Shown one piece after another: positions 39,432 to 49,817 of a DNA stretch of 64,000 nucleotides (within the stretch, counting starts at the first letter, position 1; every line of letters begins with the position of its first letter). The notes beneath the pieces were generated by a model that was not told where the DNA came from, ran no database searches, and worked only from the letters and a program-made list of their open reading frames with translations. This stretch comes from a virus (Duplodnaviria; Caudoviricetes), in IMG/VR virus record IMGVR_UViG_3300033067_002132, positions 64,001-128,000 of that record; one strand, written 5' to 3'. The position numbers were made by a program, and so were the translations under genes.

Positions 39432-42400
39432 TAATCCACCATCTTTCTTTTGTGTATTAATTACTTTTAGAACTTCTATTTGTATTAATTCTGCAATACG
39501 TTTATTTTCTTCTACTTTTTTATTTCTATTTTCCTTGCTATTATCTTGTGAATCGGTATTAGATGAAACATTAGTATTAGATGATACATTTTTTCCTTCA
39601 TCAATATTTATTTCAATATTAATATAATTATTTGTACCACCTGTCGATGTACCATCTAATTTTACTTGATTATTCGTTTGTAATGATTGTAAAGTTGTGT
39701 TAATTGAATTAGCCGCTTCTACCATTTTATTTAATGAATCAGAAAAAGAGTCCGATCCACTAGATATTCCAAAATTAGGTACGTTAGATACAGGACCACC
39801 TTCCGCATATCTATTTAATGCGCCTACATTTAATTTTTGAAAGAAATTTGCGCCATATTTTCTTACAGCAGGAGCATTAATTACATATTCTCCACCCATT
39901 AACATAGCCGGAACAGTATCTCTATGATATCCTCCATTTGCATAATGCATAGGTTTTACATAAGTTCCTTTACTTGCATATAAAGCTTTAGGATTAGGAT
40001 TATCTAAAGAAGGAACTTTATTTGGAACGCTTCCATCTATTCCTTTTATACCTTTACTAGATTGATATTGCGAATATGCTCCACCAGCAGTATTAACAGC
40101 GGCACTTATAAAAGCACCTATCATTACTTGTTCTTTTCCTCTTTTATATAATTTAAAAGCTTCGGTTTTTTGTTTTTCGTAATCTTTTTTTCCTTTAATA
40201 TAATTAAGAATATCTTGTTCTTTTTGAAAACGTCTTTGTACTGCGGGACTATCTTCATCTGTTAAAGCAAAATTTGATAAATCAGGATCAAATACGATTT
40301 TTAAACCATCTGGAGAATTAGCATTTTTTCCTTCCGCGAAAACATCATTTAATAATCTAATGTTCGCGCCATTTTGTAATTGTTTTACGCTCGTAGAAGG
40401 AATTTCTTGTTGATTAAATTTTCTTAATAAATCTGGTCCTATTGCTTGTGTTGCTTCTTTATTAATAACCACTTCACCAGGAGATAATAATGTAGCGACA
40501 TCATCTTTTACTCCTGTTCCACCAACTACAGGTCCACCAGTAGAAAAACGTTGAATTCCTGAACTTGTTACTTTTCCACCTGACGCACCTTTAGAAATAC
40601 TTCCTATTGATGATGATTTACTAAATACACCACCTAAAGCACTTTTTCCAACATCTCCGATTGCACTAAAAATATAATTAACACCAATATCTGTAGCCAT
40701 ATCTAAAGCTTTATTTGCTACATTTAAAGCAAAATCTTTTAAAGCTTCATCGGCACTTTTTGTTCCATGAATAAATTCTTTAAAGGCATCTTTAAAAGAA
40801 TCTTTCATACCCTGACCGATTTCATAAACCATATCATTCGTATCTTTTTGAAAAGATGCGAGATTATATCTCCAAGTATCAAAGAATTGCGTGCTTAAAT
40901 CTTGAGGAGTTAATTTACCTAATCTTGCTGCTAAAGTATTAGCTTCTTTAGTTGCTTGAGCAATTTCATCACCAAAAGCTGTCGTTGATTTACGTAAAGC
41001 ATCTGCTTGAACTTTTGCTTCTCTAAACGATTGTTCAATATTTTCTTTACTAATTTTATTTAAAGCGTCTAATGCTTCTTCATATTCTTTATTTAATAAT
41101 CTATTACTTTTAATTTGATCTACTAAATTAACAGCAATAATAGTTTGTATCGCCGCTTGTTTTTCTGCAACTTCCTTTCGTTTTGTTTCTAATTCTAATA
41201 GATTTTTTTGAACATTTATAGCTTCTTGAGCTTTTTGTTCAATAATTTTTGTTCTTTGAGTTTTAGGTTCGGCTTCTGCGGCTTTTTGTAATTCTTGAAC
41301 AGGACTTAATTTGTTATTTTTATTTGTTCTTTGTGTTATTTGATTTTTTTCTTTTTCTATATCAGTAGTAAATTTTAATAAATCACCAAAACCAGTAAGT
41401 TCTTCTGAACCCTTTTTAATTTCTTCATTTAATGCTTCTATTTGTTTTTTAAGAGTAGCTATTTCTGTTTGTCCTTGTGTTATACCATCTAAATTAATTA
41501 CAGTAGTATCTATTATTGATGCAGGGTCTTTTTTGTCTAAATTTGCATCAGAAGAAAAACCACCCAATAAATAATCAGTAATTGATTTATCTCCCTCTTT
41601 ATTTGTCTTTTTAAATTTATCTAATAATCCTTGTGTATTTTTTATATCTTGTTCAGTTACAGAAGATTTTCCACTTTCTATTTCTGTAGATCTATCTAAA
41701 AGATTGTTTAATGTTTTATAATCTTCAGGAAATTTTTGATTAAATGGGGTATATTTTTTATTTTGTTTTTTACCTTCTATATCACTTTCTCCGATTGATA
41801 TTAAAATTTTATCAATAACAGATTTAAAATCTTCATTAAGAGTATTTTGTCTTAAATTAATTTGTTTTCCTGTTGTATCTCTGGTTACGGTTTTAGTAGC
41901 AACATCTTTAGCAATAGCTACTTTTTCTGAATCTATTTGTGCGGATAATATCTGCGCACTTATTTCTTTAATTGTTTGTAAATTTCCCGCAACTCCTGTT
42001 TGTTCTAATGCGCTTTTATAAGCATTTTCGTTTTCATTTAAATAAGTATTAGTAAAATCAAAAATTTGTGAATTTAAAATAGCTATTAAACTATTAATAC
42101 TTGCGACATTTTCAGGAACTCTATCAAATTGAGCTAAAGATTTAACTTGAATATCGGCAATATCAGGAGCAAGAGTTTTTAATTGATCTAATGCATCTAA
42201 CTGATCTTGTGAAAACGAACCAGATAATTTAGCGGCAATTTTAGTAAAATCAATATCTTGATTTATAGAAGCAACTCTTCCTGCGGTTGCTTTTTTAAAT
42301 AAATCTTTAGGAATGTTTTCACCACGAACACCTATGAAATCTGTTAATGTTTGAATTAATTTACCAGAAAAAATTCCTGTATCTTTTGTATTTCCACCAA

Positions 42401-45400
42401 ATTTTAATCCCGCTCCTTCTGTTATTAAAGATCTAAATTGATCTAAAGAAGATCTATCTAAAAATGCTTTAATTCCACCAAATTTAGATAATTTTTCTTG
42501 TTGATCTAAAAGTTGTTTTTCATAATCATTAGAAATTTTTTGTAATTCTAATGTTTGTGATTGTAATTGTTGTACTGCTCTAATTTCATTTGCAAAATCT
42601 TGAAAATTATTTAATAATTCAATATTCGTTTTTTGTGCTTGAATTGGACTTAATCCAAAAGATGTTAATTGTTGGGCACTAATATTTGGTACAGTTTCAG
42701 GATTATTTAAAATTTGACTAATTACATCATTTAATGAATTAGTAAATGTTTTTAAATCAATCTGTGCTAACGTCGCTTTTAATTTTTCAGAAGCATCAAC
42801 AGCAGAACGTTCACCTTTAATAGATGTTTCTTGTACTCTTGCACCGGCATCTGAAAGTTCTTTTGCAAAAATAGCACCGGCTCTTTCTTGTGCTTTTGCT
42901 ACTATTTCTTGTACTGATTTTAATCCTTCAAATTTAGTTTGTAATTCTTCTGTTGCTTTTGATAATCCTAATTGTGCTTTATTAGATAAAAATGGTTCGG
43001 TTAATTTTGTTTCACCTTGTAATTTAGTTAAATTTTTAGAAACACTAAAATTCTTTTGATCTGTTTCTAATTTATTATTTACTAAAGTATTTTTTAAAGA
43101 TTGTTCTGCTAATCCAGAAAGAGAAACGGTTAATGCATTAAGATTTCTTTGAATAGTATCTGATAATATTTGGAAATTTGAATTAACTCTAACCATCGAT
43201 TTTTGAGTTTCTTCAGCAATTTTTACATATTGAGATGTTAAAGAAAGATTTTTAATAGTTTTTTCTATAATTTGAGCAAAAGCTGCCGTATCTCCAACCG
43301 CTTGATTTCCTGCTATTGATCTAAATTGATCGGTGATTTCTTTAGGAACATTTAAATAATTTTCTAAAGCAGTAATTAATGCTTCTGCTCCTGATTTTGA
43401 TCCTACCTCTAATTGTTTTGCTAAATTAACAATGATATCAGTAACATTATTTTTACCAATTTTATCTTCTAGTTTTTTAGGATCAATAGATGTAGAAAGT
43501 ATGTTTTCTATATTTTTACTATTTTTCTTAAAAGATTTATCTTTAGGATCAAAAACCTGCTTATCTAAGAATGAAGTAGCGTTTTCGAATAATTGTCTTA
43601 AACTTAATGCAGCTTTACTTATTTTTTCTTCTTTTCCTAATGCTTCCCCAATTTCCGTCATTACGATTCCTAGTTCTTTTAAACTTCCACTAGCGGCAAT
43701 AATTTGACCACGAAATTCAGGCGGAACCTCTAATAATTTAGTTATAGTATCTTTTCGAAATCTTTCTATATCTCTACTAGAAACTGAACCAGATACATCT
43801 GTTAATGCCGTTTGATATTTTTCTATTGATTGAGCGTATTGACTAATACTACTATTAAATTTATCTAATTTTTCTGAGGCATCGTTAAATGTTTTTTCTA
43901 AATCAGGTAATTGTGTAGTAAATTCTTTATATGCTTGAGAACCACCAATACCTAAACCGAATAATCCTCCCACAGCAATACCTGGAAGCCCGAATGGCGC
44001 ACCAAAAGCTGCTGTAGAACCTACCGTTCCCGCTAAGTTAGATACGGCACTTACTTTTCTTCCTGTAGATGTCTCTGTTCCCACCGCTTCACTAATTGCA
44101 CTAGTAATTACAGGAATAGCAAAACTAGCTATAGTTCCCGCACCGACTAATTTACTAAATCTTTGATTTCTAGCTTGTTCTAATTGAGCATTTAAATTAG
44201 GATCTTCATTAGCTAATGCTTGTGCTTGTTTAGAAGCTAAACTTTTTGGTCGTCCAGAAACAATACCGGAACTTTTCTTAATAATATCAGATGTTTGTTG
44301 ATTATATTGAGCTAAATTTTGTTGATAGTTATTTACATCTTTTACAGCTTTATTTAATGTAGAATCTACTGATTTCCAAACTTTTTGACTTTGAGTAATA
44401 CCCTGTACTGTTTTCTTTAATTCTGTTCTCATTTGTTGAAAAACCGGACTTTGTTTCCAATTTTCACCAAATTTTTCTACATTTAAAATTACTTCTGTAA
44501 TTGCATGATTTATTTGTTCTATTTGTTCAGGTTTAATTCCGCCGCCTTGCCCTAATTGACCAAGATTATTTTGAAAAATAGGCGCGGGATTTGTTGTATC
44601 ATATAAAGATGTTTTAGGAAAACTAGGAGGAGTAGGAATTTGAATCGTTTCCCCATTTGATAATTTTACTGATTTTGTGGCGAAATTAGGAATAAAACCA
44701 TCGGATAATTTAGTTTTTCCACCCGCATATTTTTGAGGATTAAAACCTTGGTTTTTAACCCTATTTAATCCTTGATTTAATCCTAGAGGTTCATCAAAAG
44801 AATTATAAACACCTAAACCTGTTTTATTTTGAGGACTTACTAATTTAGGACTTTTGCCTACTTTAATTCTATTTTTAGGAATTCCCGCACTTGATTCTCT
44901 TTGTATCGCGGCATTTAATGCGCCTAATGGCGGATTAATATAAGCAAAATTAGGAATAAAACCTTCACTAAAAAAAGGATTTGTTAAGTCAGAATCTTCT
45001 ATTTTTTTTCGTTTTATTTTATTAATTCTATCTAATAAATCTCCTTTTATATTAATTCTTGTTAAAAATGGCGAACCATAATCAGCAAATTTATAATCAC
45101 CGCCAGTAAAATTAATATCTCTTAAATCTTTTACTTTATCTTTTTCTATAACTGTAGGACTTCCTGTTAAAAAGGCGGGACCTAAATCTAAACCATGTCC
45201 TATTGTTTTTTTAGGAAGAATACCATTTTCTTCATCTACAGGATTATATCTTTGTGTTTTACCAAATTTTAATAAGATTTTTTTGGTGATATTTTCTAAT
45301 TTTTTAGGAATCGGTTCATCAAAAGTTGCTTCTTCTCCATCAATTATAGAATTATCAAAATTAAAAGCGTCTTGAACAGAGTAACCTTTTTTTCTTTGTG

Positions 45401-48400
45401 CTAATTTAAAACGACCAATCAGATTTCCTAAAGGACTATCTAATGGCGCACTTATAATACTATTTCCAAATTTAGATTTTCTATTTTTTTCCTTTAAATT
45501 TGCTTCTAATGTAGAATTATATCCGAGAGTAGAATGGGGAGTTGTTATATTATTAATAAATTCTTCCGCAGTATTATTAATAGTTTTTACTCCGCCGATG
45601 CCAGAAAAATAACGCGCCGCCCCTAAAAATTTTTCTCCATTTGGATCTTTTTGTATATATTTTTTATATAGTCCAACAGTGCCCGCGCCTAAAGTACCCG
45701 CAATTCTTGTAGGTAATTTTTTTAGAGTATCTTTTGGAGTCTTAAATAAATCTTTAATACCAAATGGATTTGGGCGGAATTGATTATATCCTAAAGTATA
45801 TCTATTTCCAGGAGTAACGAAATTCGGCACAAAACCTTTATTAAAAAGTGTTGTAAAATCTATACCTTCATTAAATTTAGAATCTTGTAATCTTTTTAAT
45901 ATTAATGGAGCTTTTTTATCTAAATCTTCATTAAAAGATTTTCCACCTTCTAATTCTACAGAAGGAAAAGAACTCTCCATACCAAAAGAAACTTTACTTT
46001 TTGAACCGAATTTACCACGACTTAATTGAGGAAACTTTGCTTTTAATATATCGGTAGGATGATCAGATTTTGGTTTATTAAATTGATTTAATAAAAATCC
46101 TTTAACTCCTTTATAATTTCTATTTTTTAAATCTTCTATTAATTCTTTATAAACAATAGAAGACATTCCTTTTCCTTTAAATTTTTCTTTAACGAATATG
46201 TCATCTAAAGTAGGAATTTCTTTACCTAAATCTCCAACTGTCGCCCCACCTATATCATTTTTAAAATATAACGCTTTAAAACTATCTATTCCTGAAATAG
46301 TAGATTGGCCAAAATTAGGAATAAATCCATCTGAGTTTATATTAGCGACAGTTTGTTTCGCCGCTTTAAATAATCTATTACTTAATTTTCCGATTGTACG
46401 AACTTTACGTGGGAATAATTCATTTGGTTGACGTTCAAATCCTTTTACTCCTGAATTTGTTAAAACCTCTCCTAATGCTTTTTTATCATTTAATGTAGAT
46501 TGATTAAATTCTGCTAAAATTTCTTCTAAATAATCTCCTTTTTTATAATTAGATGCAAAAAGATTTTTATATTTTGGACTATTTAATATAGTTCTTTTAG
46601 AAAGATCCATTAATTTTTTAGGACCTTTAAAAATTTCATTAGATTTATTTTCTAATAAAGATGATAAATTTTGTCCGTTTGAATCTTTAGATAAATTAAT
46701 TGCTCTATGAGAACTTTCATGTGCTAATACTTGCGCCATAGTATTAGTATCTAAATCTTTTTGAATTTCTATTGTATTATTATTATTATAAACTCCCGAA
46801 ACAGGATATTTATATCGATATTTTTTTGAAATATTATCCGTTAAACTAAAATCTTTATTTTTAATTCCTTTTAATGCTTTTCGATAACCTGAAAGAATAT
46901 TAATAGGAAGAAAATTTGGAACGAAACCGTCGTTAATATAATTATTCGATTCTAATTTTTTATCTATTTTTTTATTTATTTCTGTAGTTATAGGTGATTT
47001 TTTAGATGCTTTTACTTTTCCTGCAAACGTAATCGGTTCGGTGATTTTACTTATTCCATATCTAACTAAACTAGATATTGGAGAATTAGAATAATTTATA
47101 TATTTGTCTTTTTCTTCTATTTTAGTAAAAGCATTAATAAAAGCTTCTAATCTATTTTTAATAGGAGTTCCTTTTGCTTCTTTAAAATTTGATTTACCCT
47201 GTTTAAATGCTTCTTTTAATTTGGGTAATAAATCTTTCTTTTCTTGATCATGTAAATTAAGATCAAAAATATCACGATATTTAATATCTCTAACTGGTAA
47301 ACCTTGGTCTCGTGGAGATAAATCTAATTCTGCATTATATCCCGCCATAATATTATGATTAGCAGGATTTATTAATAATTTATTTTTATTTTTATCTAAT
47401 ACAGAAGAATTAGTATTAAAATTAGATAATTTATTATTGATAGTATATGGAATATTTCTATATGATTCCGTTCCTTTTCTAAAAGCATAAATGTTTTTTC
47501 TAGCAATATTAGGAATTCCTTTTCCTTGTTGATAAATATATTTACTTGGATCTATTCTTTGTTCTAATCCAAACATTTTTCTAAAAGCAAAATCTCTTAT
47601 TGTATGTGTTTCTTTATCAATAGGGTCTTTAATTAATTTACTTATATATGGTGTAGGTGTATCTTTTACTATTGCTTTATAATAATCTTTAAATTTTAGT
47701 CCTTTTAATTCTTTTAATTTATCTGTAAAATTATAGGAATATGGAGTTACTAAATTAGTCATAGCGCGACCTACTAATTTACTTAATCCAGGAACTAAAG
47801 CAAAATTAGGAACATGACCGTCATAATCTAAATCTTTTTTACCAGGAATAAAGCCTTGATTAAAATTAGAAATATTATTATTAGTAATATTTTTACAATA
47901 AGGATCAAAACCTAATTTTTGTTTAAATTCTTTTTGATAATTTTTACCTGCTTTACTATTTTGTGGCGGAATAATAGCCGGTTGTTCCATTCCAGGAAAT
48001 TTTTTAACTTTTTCCGCGCTATTGTAAATTACATTACCAACTTTCGGTAATGACATTTGTTTTATAGATCCGGGTGTATATCCACCCGCGTAAGCACCTA
48101 TTTTTTCTATTTTACTATTATCAGAAAAATTAGGTATAAATCCTTGCGATTTAGTTTTTTTATTTAAAACAGAAAAATCTTGATTTCCAATAGGAATATT
48201 AGAAAATTGATATCCACTTGTTCTTAATGTCGTTGCTATTTTATTAATTAATCCTAATCTATTTTGTTCAAGAGCATTTGCTTCACGTAATTTATTAATT
48301 ACAATATCTTCTGCGCTAGCAATAGTTAACGTTCCATTTCTAATTCTATCTAAAGTACCTGTTTGTTGAGATAATATTTGATTAACTCTTAATGCTAATT

Positions 48401-49787
48401 CTCCTTGTAAATTTAATTCTTTACTTGCTTGAAAAATTTTAACAATAGATTTAGCGGCAAATTCTCCTAATCTTCCTAATAATTTACCAATTAAGACAGT
48501 ACCAACGAATAAACCAGGACCAGTTAAAAACTGTCCTAAACCTTGCATAAATACTTTACCGAAACTAAAACCACTATCTTGCGCTTGATCTTCATTAATA
48601 ATTTCTATACCACTATTAAAATTTTCAAGAACATTTTTTAAATTAGGGCTAATCGCTAAATTACCAAATTTAGATCCAAATTTAGCCAAATTATTTCCCG
48701 TTTGATTTAATAAAGAACTAAGAGTTTTATTTAGTGCAGCCACACGTATTTCTGCTTCGTTTGTAGAGTCTGCTGCGGTTTTTGTTGCTAAAGAAGTTAA
48801 ATTATATTGTTTACTTAAATCAGCTAATGCCGCCGAAACAATGTTAATTTGAAATACGCCACCAGCTAATTCTTTAATTGTACTTGCCGTTCCTCTATCT
48901 ACATTTTGTATAGCATCTGAAAGTGATTGTAGCTTTTGAATACCTGTCTGGCTGGCGTCTATTTGAACTCCAAGAGCTTTTAATTGTTCAATAGAGTCAG
49001 GACGGCTTAAACGAGTAAAGATGCTCTTAAAGGCGTTACCGATGACAGCGCCACCACGAGCCGTTGTTTGTTGTACAGCGGTTACTAAACCAATTAATTG
49101 ATCTATACTAACACCCGCATCTTCAGACGTACTACCTACGCGACTAATAGCTTCCGCTAAATCAGATGCGGAAACAGCGAATTTTGAATCGACATTAGCT
49201 AATTTACTAACTAATGTTAAATCATCTAAAGAAGCTTTATTAAATGAATTAATAGCAGCGGTAATAGTATCTACGCTTTTTGCTGCATCTAATCCTGAAA
49301 TTCTTGTTAATGTTAATGCGGCTTCTGTTCTTTTTAATGTAGCTTCTAAAGTTAAACCTTGACGAGCTAATTCAAGAGCAGCGGTTGCGGTTGTATCAAA
49401 ACTTTGACCTGTTTTATTTGCTACTTCAAATAATGAACCAGCAAATTTATTAAAATCTTTTTCACTCGCATTTAAAATAACGCGAATATCTGTTAATTTC
49501 TTTTCTACTTCAATAGTAGTAGAAACTAATTCACTAAAAGCTTTTTGAATACCATAAACTAATCCGGCAGAAGCACCGAAAGCAATAACACGAGCATTAG
49601 AAGCGGCTAATGATTTATCAAAATCACTAACATTTGCACTTAATTTACCAAGAGGTTGACTAAACGAGTTAGTTCGAATTCTTAAATCAATTGGTGTATT
49701 AGCAATTCTTTGCAATTTTCCTAGAGCCTTTTCCGCGGGCGTGGTAATTGCATTTACATCTACATATACTCTACCTATACTTGGCAT
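39414..49787 (-). CDS. Tape measure protein (3457 aa) carrying cargo cassettes
   Basis: TP901-like core (ALELARQG, DLAEAISRVG, TARGGAVIGNAFKSIFTRL); C-terminal AxGG and DxVxxxLxxGE motifs; downstream of chaperones. Confidence 0.9.
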   Translation of the reverse strand: MPSIGRVYVDVNAITTPAEKALGKLQRIANTPIDLRIRTNSFSQPLGKLSANVSDFDKSLAASNARVIAFGASAGLVYGIQKAFSELVSTTIEVEKKLTDIRVILNASEKDFNKFAGSLFEVANKTGQSFDTTATAALELARQGLTLEATLKRTEAALTLTRISGLDAAKSVDTITAAINSFNKASLDDLTLVSKLANVDSKFAVSASDLAEAISRVGSTSEDAGVSIDQLIGLVTAVQQTTARGGAVIGNAFKSIFTRLSRPDSIEQLKALGVQIDASQTGIQKLQSLSDAIQNVDRGTASTIKELAGGVFQINIVSAALADLSKQYNLTSLATKTAADSTNEAEIRVAALNKTLSSLLNQTGNNLAKFGSKFGNLAISPNLKNVLENFNSGIEIINEDQAQDSGFSFGKVFMQGLGQFLTGPGLFVGTVLIGKLLGRLGEFAAKSIVKIFQASKELNLQGELALRVNQILSQQTGTLDRIRNGTLTIASAEDIVINKLREANALEQNRLGLINKIATTLRTSGYQFSNIPIGNQDFSVLNKKTKSQGFIPNFSDNSKIEKIGAYAGGYTPGSIKQMSLPKVGNVIYNSAEKVKKFPGMEQPAIIPPQNSKAGKNYQKEFKQKLGFDPYCKNITNNNISNFNQGFIPGKKDLDYDGHVPNFALVPGLSKLVGRAMTNLVTPYSYNFTDKLKELKGLKFKDYYKAIVKDTPTPYISKLIKDPIDKETHTIRDFAFRKMFGLEQRIDPSKYIYQQGKGIPNIARKNIYAFRKGTESYRNIPYTINNKLSNFNTNSSVLDKNKNKLLINPANHNIMAGYNAELDLSPRDQGLPVRDIKYRDIFDLNLHDQEKKDLLPKLKEAFKQGKSNFKEAKGTPIKNRLEAFINAFTKIEEKDKYINYSNSPISSLVRYGISKITEPITFAGKVKASKKSPITTEINKKIDKKLESNNYINDGFVPNFLPINILSGYRKALKGIKNKDFSLTDNISKKYRYKYPVSGVYNNNNTIEIQKDLDTNTMAQVLAHESSHRAINLSKDSNGQNLSSLLENKSNEIFKGPKKLMDLSKRTILNSPKYKNLFASNYKKGDYLEEILAEFNQSTLNDKKALGEVLTNSGVKGFERQPNELFPRKVRTIGKLSNRLFKAAKQTVANINSDGFIPNFGQSTISGIDSFKALYFKNDIGGATVGDLGKEIPTLDDIFVKEKFKGKGMSSIVYKELIEDLKNRNYKGVKGFLLNQFNKPKSDHPTDILKAKFPQLSRGKFGSKSKVSFGMESSFPSVELEGGKSFNEDLDKKAPLILKRLQDSKFNEGIDFTTLFNKGFVPNFVTPGNRYTLGYNQFRPNPFGIKDLFKTPKDTLKKLPTRIAGTLGAGTVGLYKKYIQKDPNGEKFLGAARYFSGIGGVKTINNTAEEFINNITTPHSTLGYNSTLEANLKEKNRKSKFGNSIISAPLDSPLGNLIGRFKLAQRKKGYSVQDAFNFDNSIIDGEEATFDEPIPKKLENITKKILLKFGKTQRYNPVDEENGILPKKTIGHGLDLGPAFLTGSPTVIEKDKVKDLRDINFTGGDYKFADYGSPFLTRINIKGDLLDRINKIKRKKIEDSDLTNPFFSEGFIPNFAYINPPLGALNAAIQRESSAGIPKNRIKVGKSPKLVSPQNKTGLGVYNSFDEPLGLNQGLNRVKNQGFNPQKYAGGKTKLSDGFIPNFATKSVKLSNGETIQIPTPPSFPKTSLYDTTNPAPIFQNNLGQLGQGGGIKPEQIEQINHAITEVILNVEKFGENWKQSPVFQQMRTELKKTVQGITQSQKVWKSVDSTLNKAVKDVNNYQQNLAQYNQQTSDIIKKSSGIVSGRPKSLASKQAQALANEDPNLNAQLEQARNQRFSKLVGAGTIASFAIPVITSAISEAVGTETSTGRKVSAVSNLAGTVGSTAAFGAPFGLPGIAVGGLFGLGIGGSQAYKEFTTQLPDLEKTFNDASEKLDKFNSSISQYAQSIEKYQTALTDVSGSVSSRDIERFRKDTITKLLEVPPEFRGQIIAASGSLKELGIVMTEIGEALGKEEKISKAALSLRQLFENATSFLDKQVFDPKDKSFKKNSKNIENILSTSIDPKKLEDKIGKNNVTDIIVNLAKQLEVGSKSGAEALITALENYLNVPKEITDQFRSIAGNQAVGDTAAFAQIIEKTIKNLSLTSQYVKIAEETQKSMVRVNSNFQILSDTIQRNLNALTVSLSGLAEQSLKNTLVNNKLETDQKNFSVSKNLTKLQGETKLTEPFLSNKAQLGLSKATEELQTKFEGLKSVQEIVAKAQERAGAIFAKELSDAGARVQETSIKGERSAVDASEKLKATLAQIDLKTFTNSLNDVISQILNNPETVPNISAQQLTSFGLSPIQAQKTNIELLNNFQDFANEIRAVQQLQSQTLELQKISNDYEKQLLDQQEKLSKFGGIKAFLDRSSLDQFRSLITEGAGLKFGGNTKDTGIFSGKLIQTLTDFIGVRGENIPKDLFKKATAGRVASINQDIDFTKIAAKLSGSFSQDQLDALDQLKTLAPDIADIQVKSLAQFDRVPENVASINSLIAILNSQIFDFTNTYLNENENAYKSALEQTGVAGNLQTIKEISAQILSAQIDSEKVAIAKDVATKTVTRDTTGKQINLRQNTLNEDFKSVIDKILISIGESDIEGKKQNKKYTPFNQKFPEDYKTLNNLLDRSTEIESGKSSVTEQDIKNTQGLLDKFKKTNKEGDKSITDYLLGGFSSDANLDKKDPASIIDTTVINLDGITQGQTEIATLKKQIEALNEEIKKGSEELTGFGDLLKFTTDIEKEKNQITQRTNKNNKLSPVQELQKAAEAEPKTQRTKIIEQKAQEAINVQKNLLELETKRKEVAEKQAAIQTIIAVNLVDQIKSNRLLNKEYEEALDALNKISKENIEQSFREAKVQADALRKSTTAFGDEIAQATKEANTLAARLGKLTPQDLSTQFFDTWRYNLASFQKDTNDMVYEIGQGMKDSFKDAFKEFIHGTKSADEALKDFALNVANKALDMATDIGVNYIFSAIGDVGKSALGGVFSKSSSIGSISKGASGGKVTSSGIQRFSTGGPVVGGTGVKDDVATLLSPGEVVINKEATQAIGPDLLRKFNQQEIPSTSVKQLQNGANIRLLNDVFAEGKNANSPDGLKIVFDPDLSNFALTDEDSPAVQRRFQKEQDILNYIKGKKDYEKQKTEAFKLYKRGKEQVMIGAFISAAVNTAGGAYSQYQSSKGIKGIDGSVPNKVPSLDNPNPKALYASKGTYVKPMHYANGGYHRDTVPAMLMGGEYVINAPAVRKYGANFFQKLNVGALNRYAEGGPVSNVPNFGISSGSDSFSDSLNKMVEAANSINTTLQSLQTNNQVKLDGTSTGGTNNYINIEINIDEGKNVSSNTNVSSNTDSQDNSKENRNKKVEENKRIAELIQIEVLKVINTQKKDGGLLANAR

Positions 49788-49817
49788 AAACTTAAACCTT
49801 ATTAATAATTACACAAA

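Noticed and set aside
39414-49787. Inteins as the explanation for the TMP inserts
   Set aside because: No C/S-start...HN-C/S/T splice junctions or LAGLIDADG motifs were seen at the cassette borders.
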